In this document: piece after piece, positions 39,213 through 48,360 of the stretch
How positions within the stretch are numbered: position 1 is the stretch's first letter
Layout: every line of letters starts with the position of its first letter
Assembly: GCA_965221905.1 (NCBI GenBank)
Contig: OZ244922.1
Location: forward strand, 3,328,001-3,392,000
From: Chloroflexota bacterium
GTDB lineage: Bacteria; Chloroflexota; UBA11872; VXOZ01
Length of the DNA: 64,000 nt
Reading direction: 5' to 3'
Notes under the pieces: generated by a model
The model's input: the letters and a program-made list of their open reading frames with translations, nothing else
Databases searched by the model: none
Told to the model about the DNA's origin: nothing
Made by a program: the position numbers and the translations under genes

Positions 39213-39884
39213 ACCGCAGGTTACAAACCTGCGCTACCTGGATTCTCTTGCCAGGTTGCTTGCCGCACTGATGCCCCTGCCTCTTGGTGGGTCGCGGCGC
39301 GAGCGATTTGGCAAGCTAAGCAATTTATCGCGTCATGAAAAGCCGCAGGTTGCAAACCTGCGCTACCTGGATTCTCTTGCCAGGTTGCTTGCCGCACTGG
39401 TGCCCCTGCCTCTTGGTGGGTAGCGGCGCGAGCGTATTGGCAAGCTAAGCGCAGTGCCGCGCCATGAAAAGCCGCAGGTTGCAAACCTGCGCTACCTTGA
39501 TTCTCTTGCCAGGTTGTTTGCCACACTGGTGCCCCTGCCTCTTGGTGGGTCACGGCGCGAGCGTTTTGGCAATTCAAGCGCAGTGCCGCGCCATGAAAAG
39601 CCGCAGGTTGCAAACCTGCGCTACCTTGATTCTCTTGCCGGGTTGTTTGCCGCACTGATGCCCCTGCCTCTTGGCCAGTCGCGGCGCGAGCGTATTGGCA
39701 AGCTAAGCAAAGTATCGCACCATGAAAAGCCGCAGGTTGCAAACCTGCGCTACCTTGATTCTCTTTCCAGGTTGTTTGCCGCACTGGTGCCCCTGCTTCT
39801 TTGTGGGTAGCTGCGCGAGCGTATTGGCAAGCTAAGCACAGTGTGCCGCGCCATGAAAAGCCGCAGGTTGCAGACCTGCGCTAC
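39213..39884 (-). repeat. Tandem array of 6 GTAG-type REPs (GTAGCGCAGGTTTGCAACCTGCG), 129-bp period
   Basis: CTAC at 39234, 39363, 39492, 39621, 39750 and 39881. Spacer is constant within the array and unrelated to the 13.3-kb array. Degenerate extra copy at ~39173-39197. Confidence 0.92.
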
Positions 39885-40561
39885 CCGGTTCCATCCTCTC
39901 GCCGCGCCTGCATGACGGCTTCTCGCATCGCCCGGACGGAGGCGGTGACGCGATCGAACTGAGCGTCAAGGCTTTGCCAGTCCAACAATCCGGCGCCGAC
40001 GCCCAGCGCCAGCGCGCCATGATGAATATAGGTAGCGGCATTCTCGACCGTAATTCCACCTGTCGGCAATAGGGGTATCCGACCGAACGGGCCCTGCAAG
40101 TCTTTAAAAAACTGCGGTCCGACGATATTTGCGGGAAATACCTTCACAATACTCGCGCCCGCGCGCAGTGCCGTAAACACCTCGGTAGGCGTGAACGCAC
40201 CGGGGACTACCATGCAGTCGTGTTCGTTGGCGAACGCCACGATGTCGGTATCGAGGTGCGGCGAAACGAAGAATTCAGCACCGGCAGCCAGCGCGTGCTC
40301 GGCATCTTCTACGGAAAGCACCGTACCTGCGCCAATGACCATCTGCTCTCCCAGCGCCGCACGCAGCGCGGCAATCATCTCCAACGCCTGCGGCGTGTTG
40401 AGCGTAATTTCCATCACGTCCACATCCGCCGCCAGCAGCGCCTCGCCGATGGGCACCGCCCAATCAGCGGGCACGCCACGGATGATCACCACCATCCCGG
40501 CTTCTCTGGTGCGCGCTACCTGCGCTTGCGTACGTGTGCTCTGCAGCGTCTGCATGGTCAT
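39881..40561 (-). CDS. eda: KDPG/KHG aldolase
   Basis: MEITLNTP, IGAGTV, FFVSP, PGAFTPTE, KVFPA, PTGGI. Confidence 0.93.
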   Translation of the reverse strand: MTMQTLQSTRTQAQVARTREAGMVVIIRGVPADWAVPIGEALLAADVDVMEITLNTPQALEMIAALRAALGEQMVIGAGTVLSVEDAEHALAAGAEFFVSPHLDTDIVAFANEHDCMVVPGAFTPTEVFTALRAGASIVKVFPANIVGPQFFKDLQGPFGRIPLLPTGGITVENAATYIHHGALALGVGAGLLDWQSLDAQFDRVTASVRAMREAVMQARREDGTG

Positions 40562-40864
40562 GCCCCGGTTGGCGTCCTTGCCTGTTTCCCATATTTGGTC
40601 TCTTGCGGCCCGCAGCTTCCTATAATATAGCGGAATTTGCAGGCCGTGGCTTGCGCCGATCCGACACGCGAACTGTTCAGCACTTGGAACGCGCGCCGGC
40701 TCCGCAATCGGTCACGCTGATAGCGGATTCGCCGTTCGACTTGGCTTATTCGCCGGGGGAGCTTGCTGTCTGGTAATTTGCCTGAGCCTAACGTGGACCT
40801 CACCGGAGTACCAGATTCCATTCTCACTTCTGTCCCAGACGATCGCATGAAACTGCCGAAGCGT

Positions 40865-40893
40865 GTGACAACGCGCTAGACGTACGATAAACT
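40865..40893 (+). promoter_or_regulatory. Putative dapA promoter (GTGACA-17-TAAACT)
   Basis: Near-consensus boxes ~40 bp upstream of the start. AGGAGG RBS. Confidence 0.5.
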
Positions 40894-40934
40894 GAGGCAA
40901 ATAATCCCTAATGAGAATCAGGAGGAGCGCAGAC

Positions 40935-41861
40935 ATGGCAGGCAAAGAGCTTGGGAGACTCATTACGGCGATGGTGACGCCCTTTGCTAGCGATGGCGCG
41001 GTAAACTACGACCAACTCGGTAAACTTGCAGGGCAGCTAATCCAGGGCGGCTCGGACGCGCTGCTCGTCACCGGCACCACCGGCGAATCACCGACGCTTT
41101 CCCACGAGGAAAAGCTGGAGTGTTACCGCACGGTCATGGCGGCGGCAGACGGACGCGCGCCCGTAATCGCGGGCACCGGCAACTACAATACGGCGGAGAG
41201 CGTTGCGTTCTCGCGCGAGGCGGAAGCGCTCGGCGTGGACGGCCTGCTGCTCGTGGTGCCCTACTACAACAACCCGCCCCAAGAGGGCCTCTACCAGCAC
41301 TTCAAGACAATTGCGGATAGCACCTCGCTGCCGTGTATCGTCTACAACGTGCCCACGCGCACGGTGCGAAATATGGACGCCACAACCACGGCGCGCCTGG
41401 CCGAGGTGGATAACATCGTCGGCGTGAAAGAGGCGTCCGGCGATCTGGGCCAGATTTCGGACGTGCTGCGCCTGACACCGGACGACTTCCGCGTGTGGAG
41501 CGGCAACGACTCCGATACGTACCACATGATGTGCATGGGCGGCTACGGCATCATCAGCGTGGCCAGCCACGTGATCGGCCTGCAGATCAAGAAGATGATC
41601 AACGCCACTTTGGCTTCCGATATTCCCACAGCCGGCGCGCTCCACCAGCAACTGATGCCGTTCTTCACTTCGATCTTCCCGCCAATCTCGCCGGTAGCCA
41701 GCCCGGCAGCCATCAAGGCCTGTCTCAACGTCTCCGGCTTCAATGCCGGCGGCCACCGCCTGCCCCTGATCCCCGTCCCCGATGCGTTCGCGCATACACT
41801 CCGCGAATTGCTAAGCACCTACGAACTGGACCCGAATCTCTCGGTCATGGCAACGGCCTAG
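40935..41861 (+). CDS. dapA: 4-hydroxy-tetrahydrodipicolinate synthase
   Basis: TAMVTPF, GTTGESPTL, VPYYN, YNVP.RT, GVKEASG. Confidence 0.94.
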   Translation: MAGKELGRLITAMVTPFASDGAVNYDQLGKLAGQLIQGGSDALLVTGTTGESPTLSHEEKLECYRTVMAAADGRAPVIAGTGNYNTAESVAFSREAEALGVDGLLLVVPYYNNPPQEGLYQHFKTIADSTSLPCIVYNVPTRTVRNMDATTTARLAEVDNIVGVKEASGDLGQISDVLRLTPDDFRVWSGNDSDTYHMMCMGGYGIISVASHVIGLQIKKMINATLASDIPTAGALHQQLMPFFTSIFPPISPVASPAAIKACLNVSGFNAGGHRLPLIPVPDAFAHTLRELLSTYELDPNLSVMATA

Positions 41862-42050
41862 GCGGAACACGACGACATAGACGATAGGCAACGCTCAAGG
41901 CGCTCGTGCGGCATCGCAAAGCGCGAGCGCTTTCTATTATTTTGTATGCCATTCAGTTTGCTGAATAGTATGGCGCAAGAGCGATTGTTGAAACTAGTGC
42001 AGTTTTGAGGATTTGACCAACTCGGCTTTATGTAATTAAGGGAGTGGGGG

Positions 42051-43403
42051 ATGAAACGAACAATCACGGCATTGTTGCTTGGCGTTGCCTTAGTCCTGTT
42101 CACCGGCGCGTCGGCGCAGGCCGCAGATTGCGAGTATCGCTTGGGCTTCAAGACACTCCGCGACCTTATCGGACACCATATCGTCGGCGAGTGCTTGGAG
42201 AATGAGCATTATAACGCTATAGGCGATAGCAATCAGCAATCCACCGGCGGACTTATGGCATGGCGCAAGGCAGACAACTGGACCGCGTTCACGGACGGGT
42301 ACCGCACGTGGATCAACGGCCCCAACGGTCTAGTCCAGCGCTTGAACACGGAACGGTTCTCCTGGGAGGCCGACCACATTCACACACCGCCGCCGACACC
42401 GGGTCCGCCTCCCCCACCGGCTCCTACCGCTGTGCCACGGCCAACCACAGACCCAACACTTGCCCATGCGTTCCACATCATGCGCAATACGCCGACCGGC
42501 AATAAAATCGCGGATAAGTTCGTGCAATTGGGGATGAGCGCAGTGTTTGGACACATAGGAGATTTTCGGGCCCGATATGAAACTTCACTGCGCCGCATTA
42601 TCATCAGTGAAGGATATCGATATGAGAGCTATGAGGCGCTCGCTTATGTGTTGATTTGGCCGACGATAGCGCTAATGCTCGAGGTAGAAGATGGTCCTGC
42701 GCAATCTTGGGAAGCCTGCATGCTTAGAGAAGGCGTCAGAGAGGGTTTCGGCGCCCAGTATTGGCTGGAGGCATTTGGCGCGAACGGCAAGCGGAATCCT
42801 TCGCAATTGGAGCAATCAGCAAACAACGATGCGGCTTGGCTTAACGTGAACAATCTTAAATATGTTTGGATGGACTCATATTGGAGAGATGAATGCAACG
42901 AGGTTGGAGCGGGGCCGTATATCGATCCCGACCTGGCGCAGGCGTATGTGACGGCAATGCAGGGCCAATCTGAACTCGGCCAGGCGGCGGTAGACGTGGT
43001 CGTTGAGGCAGGCACTGAGGTGGTATTTGGACGCGTCAGCGGTTGGGGTGCTTACTCTCTGTCCCGCAACCGCATAACCATAAGTGAATCGTTGAGGGGC
43101 TATAGCCGTCAGGTGCTGGCCGTAGTGCTCATTCACGAGACGTATCACGTTGAATCACACCGGTACAGAGGGGGTCGGCCAGCAGCTACCGCTGCGGAAT
43201 GCCTGCAAGAGGAGGTAGATGCGTTCAGACTGCAAGCCTCGTGGTGGTATGATCGGTACGGTCGCTACGGCAAAAGGAATCCTAATCGCGTGGAGCAAAC
43301 AATAAACAATCTCATGTGGGCGTGGTTCAATGATGATCTGCGAGAATGGGTACTGCTCAGCGATAGCTACCAGAACCAATGCCTAGGCGGCGTGGTCGAG
43401 TGA
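42051..43403 (+). CDS. Secreted protein with Pro-rich linker and two tandem zincin-like domains (second has HExxH)
   Basis: Signal peptide ending AQA, TPPPTPGPPPPPAPT linker, internal repeat, LIHETYH...EE. Confidence 0.75.
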   Translation: MKRTITALLLGVALVLFTGASAQAADCEYRLGFKTLRDLIGHHIVGECLENEHYNAIGDSNQQSTGGLMAWRKADNWTAFTDGYRTWINGPNGLVQRLNTERFSWEADHIHTPPPTPGPPPPPAPTAVPRPTTDPTLAHAFHIMRNTPTGNKIADKFVQLGMSAVFGHIGDFRARYETSLRRIIISEGYRYESYEALAYVLIWPTIALMLEVEDGPAQSWEACMLREGVREGFGAQYWLEAFGANGKRNPSQLEQSANNDAAWLNVNNLKYVWMDSYWRDECNEVGAGPYIDPDLAQAYVTAMQGQSELGQAAVDVVVEAGTEVVFGRVSGWGAYSLSRNRITISESLRGYSRQVLAVVLIHETYHVESHRYRGGRPAATAAECLQEEVDAFRLQASWWYDRYGRYGKRNPNRVEQTINNLMWAWFNDDLREWVLLSDSYQNQCLGGVVE

Positions 43404-43730
43404 GGATAGTGGTGGCGCATCACCGCAGCCGTGCTGCCTGCAGAAGTTGTGTCTCTAGGCTGCTGGACTCCGTCATGTTCCCGTGTCGGTGTGCGCTTGA
43501 TCCACGCAACACGCCGTAGCGTGGCGGGTACGGCGCGGCATGTGGATGAATCTATTGAGTTATATCTTGGCTAGGGCAGCAAGCACTTTTGCAGTCACCC
43601 ACGTACCAGTAGCAACCATATGCCGTGCTTAATGCCAATCCGTCAAACCTAAACTGACTAGACGGCAGCAAGGACGGGAAGCACATAAAACCTGCCTACG
43701 GAGGACTTTCTCAGGATAGGAGTATAAAGG

Positions 43731-44432
43731 CTATTGATGTGGTCTAATTATCCCAGTGAGTAATGGAACGTTGTAGAAATCTCCTAACCATATGGTTGCA
43801 TCCTTATCGTCAGAGCATTCCCAGTAGCCGTATGCAAATACGCCTTCTTGTATGATTCTCATGTTGGCCAATGGAGAATCATCATATAGGCCTCTAAAGA
43901 AATCTACTCTTTCGCGGTCAATACCAATTTGCGATACTTTTGCTTGAACACTATGGGTTTCAGGAACTCTGTAGCCTTTTTCGTAATAGAAGAGCCCTCG
44001 GATGATTCTTTCCGCGACCCGATCGACTCTATCCACTTCTGGGAAACTGACAAGGTGAGTGCGATTTGGGATCAATAGATTACCCCTAGTGACCACAGGG
44101 ACTTCCTGCATTTCTTCGAGAATTCTGAAGGCCAGCCCATTTAAGCCAGGACGTGCCAATCTTGTGTATACTTCTTCCTTCTTGCGCTCGATAATCTCTC
44201 TATCCTGATCCGATACCTCTAAGAACCCATTAGCAATCATCCCGTCTGCGGCAAATAAAGCACCGCACATGAAATATTCATCATCCTTTGACGAACCTTG
44301 ACACTTTTTGCAGGATGGGACGGTTATGAGGTCATCGTCGTTCGGTGGTGGCTTTGGAAAGATACATCTAGGCGGAACGTGGTCCCTAGTTGCTGGGTTT
44401 TCGGTTCCACAGTAAACACAATGATTCTCCAC
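43731..44432 (-). CDS. HNH-like endonuclease domain protein
   Basis: CVYC...TRDHVPP...VPSCKKC. AT-richer than flanks. Confidence 0.7.
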   Translation of the reverse strand: MENHCVYCGTENPATRDHVPPRCIFPKPPPNDDDLITVPSCKKCQGSSKDDEYFMCGALFAADGMIANGFLEVSDQDREIIERKKEEVYTRLARPGLNGLAFRILEEMQEVPVVTRGNLLIPNRTHLVSFPEVDRVDRVAERIIRGLFYYEKGYRVPETHSVQAKVSQIGIDRERVDFFRGLYDDSPLANMRIIQEGVFAYGYWECSDDKDATIWLGDFYNVPLLTGIIRPHQ

Positions 44433-44657
44433 TACTTCCTTGTCCTCGTTGTGCGGCTCAGATCTCTCTTAGTCCTTAAGACCTCTTGTCTATGGTGCTC
44501 GCAAGAATTGACTTCATCAGGCTACCTACCCACGTAATGTGGTCAAGAATGACCTTACTATAGCGTATTTATTCCCGGCAAATGAGAAGGGGTAACGCGC
44601 GTTAGGCTGGTTACGGCGCGGAACAGACCATCAACTGGGAGGGAGAATCGTCGCATA

Positions 44658-44909
44658 TCATGAAGGAAGAATAAATACCTCTTCCTCGGCGGTTACGTGC
44701 TCTATCAGGGCTTTCTCTATAGGTATTCCTTCTGAATTGAGCCGGCTGAGCAGCCGATCAAGGTTCGTGTCGCTCCCTACGACGGTCTGGTTTAGTATTG
44801 CGACCCACTGTTCAGGAAACTGTTGGAGAAGCCCCTCGTAGCAAGACTCGTAGTAATCAATGTCCTGCTGAAAGCGGGCGATACTTTCTTGTTGGCTCTC
44901 TGGGGTCAT
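44658..44909 (-). CDS. Small DUF5678-like protein
   Basis: YEGLLQQFPEQWVAILNQTVVGSD pattern. Confidence 0.65.
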   Translation of the reverse strand: MTPESQQESIARFQQDIDYYESCYEGLLQQFPEQWVAILNQTVVGSDTNLDRLLSRLNSEGIPIEKALIEHVTAEEEVFILPS

Positions 44910-45053
44910 TACAGGGTGCCTCCTGACTGGTCTCTAACTAGAGTATCATAGTACATTTAGGTCACTCAATGCCCTTGCCCGCTGTCCGCATGATTCTGTA
45001 CTGTAAGTGCAGAGTATCCTCATGATCATGCATGGTTGCGGTGGAGTATCCTG

Positions 45054-45722
45054 GTGGCGGATCAGACCCCTGAGCAAGTCCTAGACGAAATTGGCGCGGA
45101 AGTGCGGCGGTGCACGGCGTGTCGGCTTTGCGAGAAGCGGACTAAGGCCGTGCCGGGTGAAGGGGCGCTCAAGAGCGGCATCATGTTCATCGGCGAGGGG
45201 CCGGGGTTTCACGAAGACCGGCAGGGGAGGCCGTTCGTTGGGCAGGCGGGGAAGCTGCTGGAGGAGATGCTGGCCGCCGTCGGCTTGCGGCGCGAGCAGG
45301 TGTACATTACTAACGTCGTCAAGTGCCGTCCGCCGGACAATCGCGATCCCCAACCGGACGAGATCGCCGCCTGCAACGGCTACCTAGACCGCCAACTTGC
45401 CGCCATCGATCCCCGCATCGTCGTCACGCTCGGCCGCTTCTCGCTGGCGCGCTTCTTTCCAGGAGCGAAAATTTCCGCCGTTCACGGAGAGCCCAAATTC
45501 GCAGATGGTCGCGCCTACGTGCCCTTCTACCATCCGGCGGCGGGCCTGCGCACTCCAGCCATCAAGCAGATGCTTTTCGATGACGTTCAAAAGCTGCCCG
45601 CCATTGCCAAGCGCCTCAAAGAACTGGATGCGCAGGGATTGTTCGACCGGCAAGAGACGGAAGCCGCAGTCGCCGAAACCGCCGAAGACGATCCCGCCGC
45701 CGATCAACTCAGCCTGTTTTGA
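45054..45722 (+). CDS. udg: Uracil-DNA glycosylase family 4
   Basis: CTACRLC Fe-S cysteines, IGEGPG, GRPFVG, NVVKCRPP.NR, YHPAA. Confidence 0.93.
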   Translation: MADQTPEQVLDEIGAEVRRCTACRLCEKRTKAVPGEGALKSGIMFIGEGPGFHEDRQGRPFVGQAGKLLEEMLAAVGLRREQVYITNVVKCRPPDNRDPQPDEIAACNGYLDRQLAAIDPRIVVTLGRFSLARFFPGAKISAVHGEPKFADGRAYVPFYHPAAGLRTPAIKQMLFDDVQKLPAIAKRLKELDAQGLFDRQETEAAVAETAEDDPAADQLSLF

Positions 45723-45799
45723 AAGTCCGGCAATCTCCACTTCAATTGGGAAGATCACGTCGCCCTCTGAGGGCATCTGCCGTAATTCGGCTCAATTCA

Positions 45800-45970
45800 A
45801 CTAGAATTAGCCCAATAAATACAAAGCTCTGCGCAGACCTGCCCTTCGACAGGCTCAGGGCGAACGGGAAGACGAAAAATCCGTTCGTGCTGAGTTTGTC
45901 TGTCCTGAGCTTGACGAAGGGTCGAAGCACGAAACGGCAAGTCGAATCTATTTATGAGATAGCTTCTAGT
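45800..45970. mobile_element. ~170-bp MITE-like element
   Basis: Imperfect TIRs ACTAGAATTAGCCCAATAAATA / ACTAGAAGCTATCTCATAAATA enclosing CCCTTCGACAGGCTCAGGG-type palindromes. Confidence 0.6.
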
Positions 45971-46039
45971 CGATTATACGGGCCCATTACTCTCACCCCC
46001 GGATCGAGAACGGGGCAGGCTCGAGCCCACTCCCTCAGT

Positions 46040-46467
46040 GAGATCGTTGCGTAACTCCGCCAAACAGGTGGAATCGGGCTGGATCGGCGCGGACTTCCCC
46101 TCAACCCGACCCTCTCCCTCTCTCTTGTACAGACTGGGGACATAGGTAACAGTTGTTCGGGGACATGGGTTACACATTTTACTGATTGACACCTACGGGA
46201 GCTTTGGGTTGGGCGGGGATTGAGACGCAACTGGCGACACAACGTGCTCATGTTCAGCTTGCAGCTTGTGCCAGAGAAACAAACCGTGTGCACTAGGGTA
46301 TTGAGTGGATATAGCTTTCAAGGCAAGGACATTGCATTCTACGAAAACTCCCAAGTTCTATGGTGTAACCTATGTCTCCGAACATGTGTAACCTATGTAC
46401 CCGGTCTATACACTCTCAGGACGAGGGAGGTCTTCTCGCCAGCCGGCCCGGGTTATGCAAAGGTCTC
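46040..46467. mobile_element. MITE with IS5/IS1106-like ends
   Basis: TIRs GAGATCGTTGCGTAACTC / GAGACCTTTGCATAACCC. Flanks CTCAGT/CTCAAT (5/6 duplication) in the loop of a CCCTCTCC..GGAGAGGG hairpin. Confidence 0.55.
46126..46412. mobile_element. 287-bp non-autonomous element with IS481-type ends
   Basis: TIRs TGTACAGACTGGGGACATAGGTAACA / TGTATAGACCGGGTACATAGGTTACA with internal repeated sub-sites. Flanks CTCTCT/CTCTCA. No transposase. Confidence 0.75.
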
Positions 46468-46720
46468 CTCAATGGAGAGGGTAGAATGCCACTTGTGTCG
46501 GGTTTACTGCTGCGCTAGTATCGAATCTGGCGAAGTCCCGCGCCAAACTCTCTTTCCGGATACCTGCGCTATCTGGCGATGGCGAGAGCAAAGGGGATAT
46601 GTGTCCTCGGGAACGCACGTGACTGTGCTTATTGTTCCGTAATCGTTGGAGCGTTTCTCAAGAGAGAGGCCAAAGCGCGCAGGGCAATGGCTGATCTCCT
46701 TATGAGAAAGGGTTTCAGCA

Positions 46721-48034
46721 GTGACGAAGCAAAAGCACTTCAAACAGCTTGTCCGTGCGCGCATGGCGAAGACCGGCGAGAGCTATACTACCGCTCGCCG
46801 CCACGTACTCGCAGCCCAAACCAAAGGCGAATCTTCCGTGGCTGATCTTCCCCACTTTCCCGGCATTCACCCGGAGACAACGGCCCTGCGCGCGGCCTTA
46901 GCCCACGCGGGTGTCACCAATCCGCACACCGGCGAATTCTTCACGGAGCCCATGGTCTTCGGCATCGCCGGCGGCATCGGCGCCGGCGTATTCCACTTCT
47001 ACTATGCTGCCGAGGATTTCGCCAGCTTCTATATCGCAGGTCGGCACCGCTGGCAGGAGGGCGACGCGTATCTGATCGACGCTTGCCGACGGTTCGGCGT
47101 GACGCCAACGGTCCTTGAAACCGGCGCCAAGAAGCGCGCCGCTACGCAATTGGCTGAAGCGGTTGCTGCCACCGGCTGCGCCGTCGCCTGGGTGGATATG
47201 GGATTCCTGCCCTATCGCGGTATGTCTACCTGCGTCTCCGGCGGCGGCTACCACGTGATTTCGGTCTATCGTGTCACGGACGAGGAAGCGCTTATAGGCG
47301 ACCTTACCGACGATCCGATATCGATTTCGCTCGATGACCTAGCAGAAGCCCGTGCCCGTATCAAGAAGCAGAAGAATCGTGTAATGACCGTTTCCAGCCC
47401 GCAGGAGGACATTGATCTGCGTGAAGCCGTGCTGGCGGGCATACAGGCGTGCCAAGACGGACTCATAAACCAGCGCATGAAGAATTTTACCCTGGAGGCG
47501 TTCAAGACCTGGGCCGACCGCATCCACGGCAGCAGCGGCAAAGATAGCTGGGAACAGGTCTTTCCACCGGGGCACCGCCTGCTGCAAGGGCTGCGCTCGG
47601 TATACGACTTTGTCGAGCACTACCACACCGGCGGCGGTCTGATGCGCCCGCTCTACGCCGCGTTCTTCCAAGAGGCAGCCGAGGCGTTGGACGATGAAGC
47701 GTTCGTGCCGTTGGCGGAGATGTACGCCGAGCTTGGGCGACAGTGGAGCGACCTAGCTGATGCAGCTTTGCCTGATAGTGTCGCGCCTTTCCGCGAGGCG
47801 AAGGAACTGCTGGCCCGCCGAGAAGAGCTCTTTCTCAGTGAAGCACCCAACGCTACAGAGGAAATCGAAGGTATCTGGATCCAACTCACCGCTCTGGAAC
47901 AGGCCATGAGCGCCGACTTCCCCCTCACGGATGCGGATAGCGCACGCCTGAGAGCGGAGTTGAAGGAGCGCATCCTCGAAATCTACGCAAACGAGCGCGC
48001 CGCCCATGAGGCGCTGGGCGACCAGGTGACTTAG
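46721..48034 (+). CDS. BtrH N-terminal/DUF4872-like protein with basic N-terminal extension
   Basis: HPETTAL...TEPMVFGIAGGIG, VDMGFLPY, GGYHVI.V, GGGLMRPLYAAF. Confidence 0.72.
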   Translation: MTKQKHFKQLVRARMAKTGESYTTARRHVLAAQTKGESSVADLPHFPGIHPETTALRAALAHAGVTNPHTGEFFTEPMVFGIAGGIGAGVFHFYYAAEDFASFYIAGRHRWQEGDAYLIDACRRFGVTPTVLETGAKKRAATQLAEAVAATGCAVAWVDMGFLPYRGMSTCVSGGGYHVISVYRVTDEEALIGDLTDDPISISLDDLAEARARIKKQKNRVMTVSSPQEDIDLREAVLAGIQACQDGLINQRMKNFTLEAFKTWADRIHGSSGKDSWEQVFPPGHRLLQGLRSVYDFVEHYHTGGGLMRPLYAAFFQEAAEALDDEAFVPLAEMYAELGRQWSDLADAALPDSVAPFREAKELLARREELFLSEAPNATEEIEGIWIQLTALEQAMSADFPLTDADSARLRAELKERILEIYANERAAHEALGDQVT

Positions 48035-48360
48035 GCTCTGCTTGATCAGTAGTTTTCACGGGGTTAACCACAGCGCCTAACAATGTCGTGTAACCTGCAC
48101 GAGACACAGCTCCTAATGGCAGCGGTGTGGTGTCCTGCTTGGACCTCAATTAGGAAAGTATGGCGGCCAATGTCAGGAAATGACCACCGCGAATCCTTTG
48201 GGGTCTTAAGAAGGTTGACTGAAAGATCTGGTGTCATCTCCGCCAACACAATCCTCTGCTCCACTACAAACAGATTAGCTAACAAAGGCATTGACGTTTT
48301 CAATGTATCTCTTGCTGCTGTGGTAAGCTAAGGCAGTAGTTTAGAAGGTAGAGAGTTGGT

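Noticed and set aside
39221-39810. 187-aa and 118-aa repeat ORFs
   Set aside because: By-products of the 129-bp REP array.
40562-40934. Possible lysine riboswitch upstream of dapA
   Set aside because: No recognisable L-box motifs. A plausible promoter lies only ~40 bp from the start, leaving no long leader.
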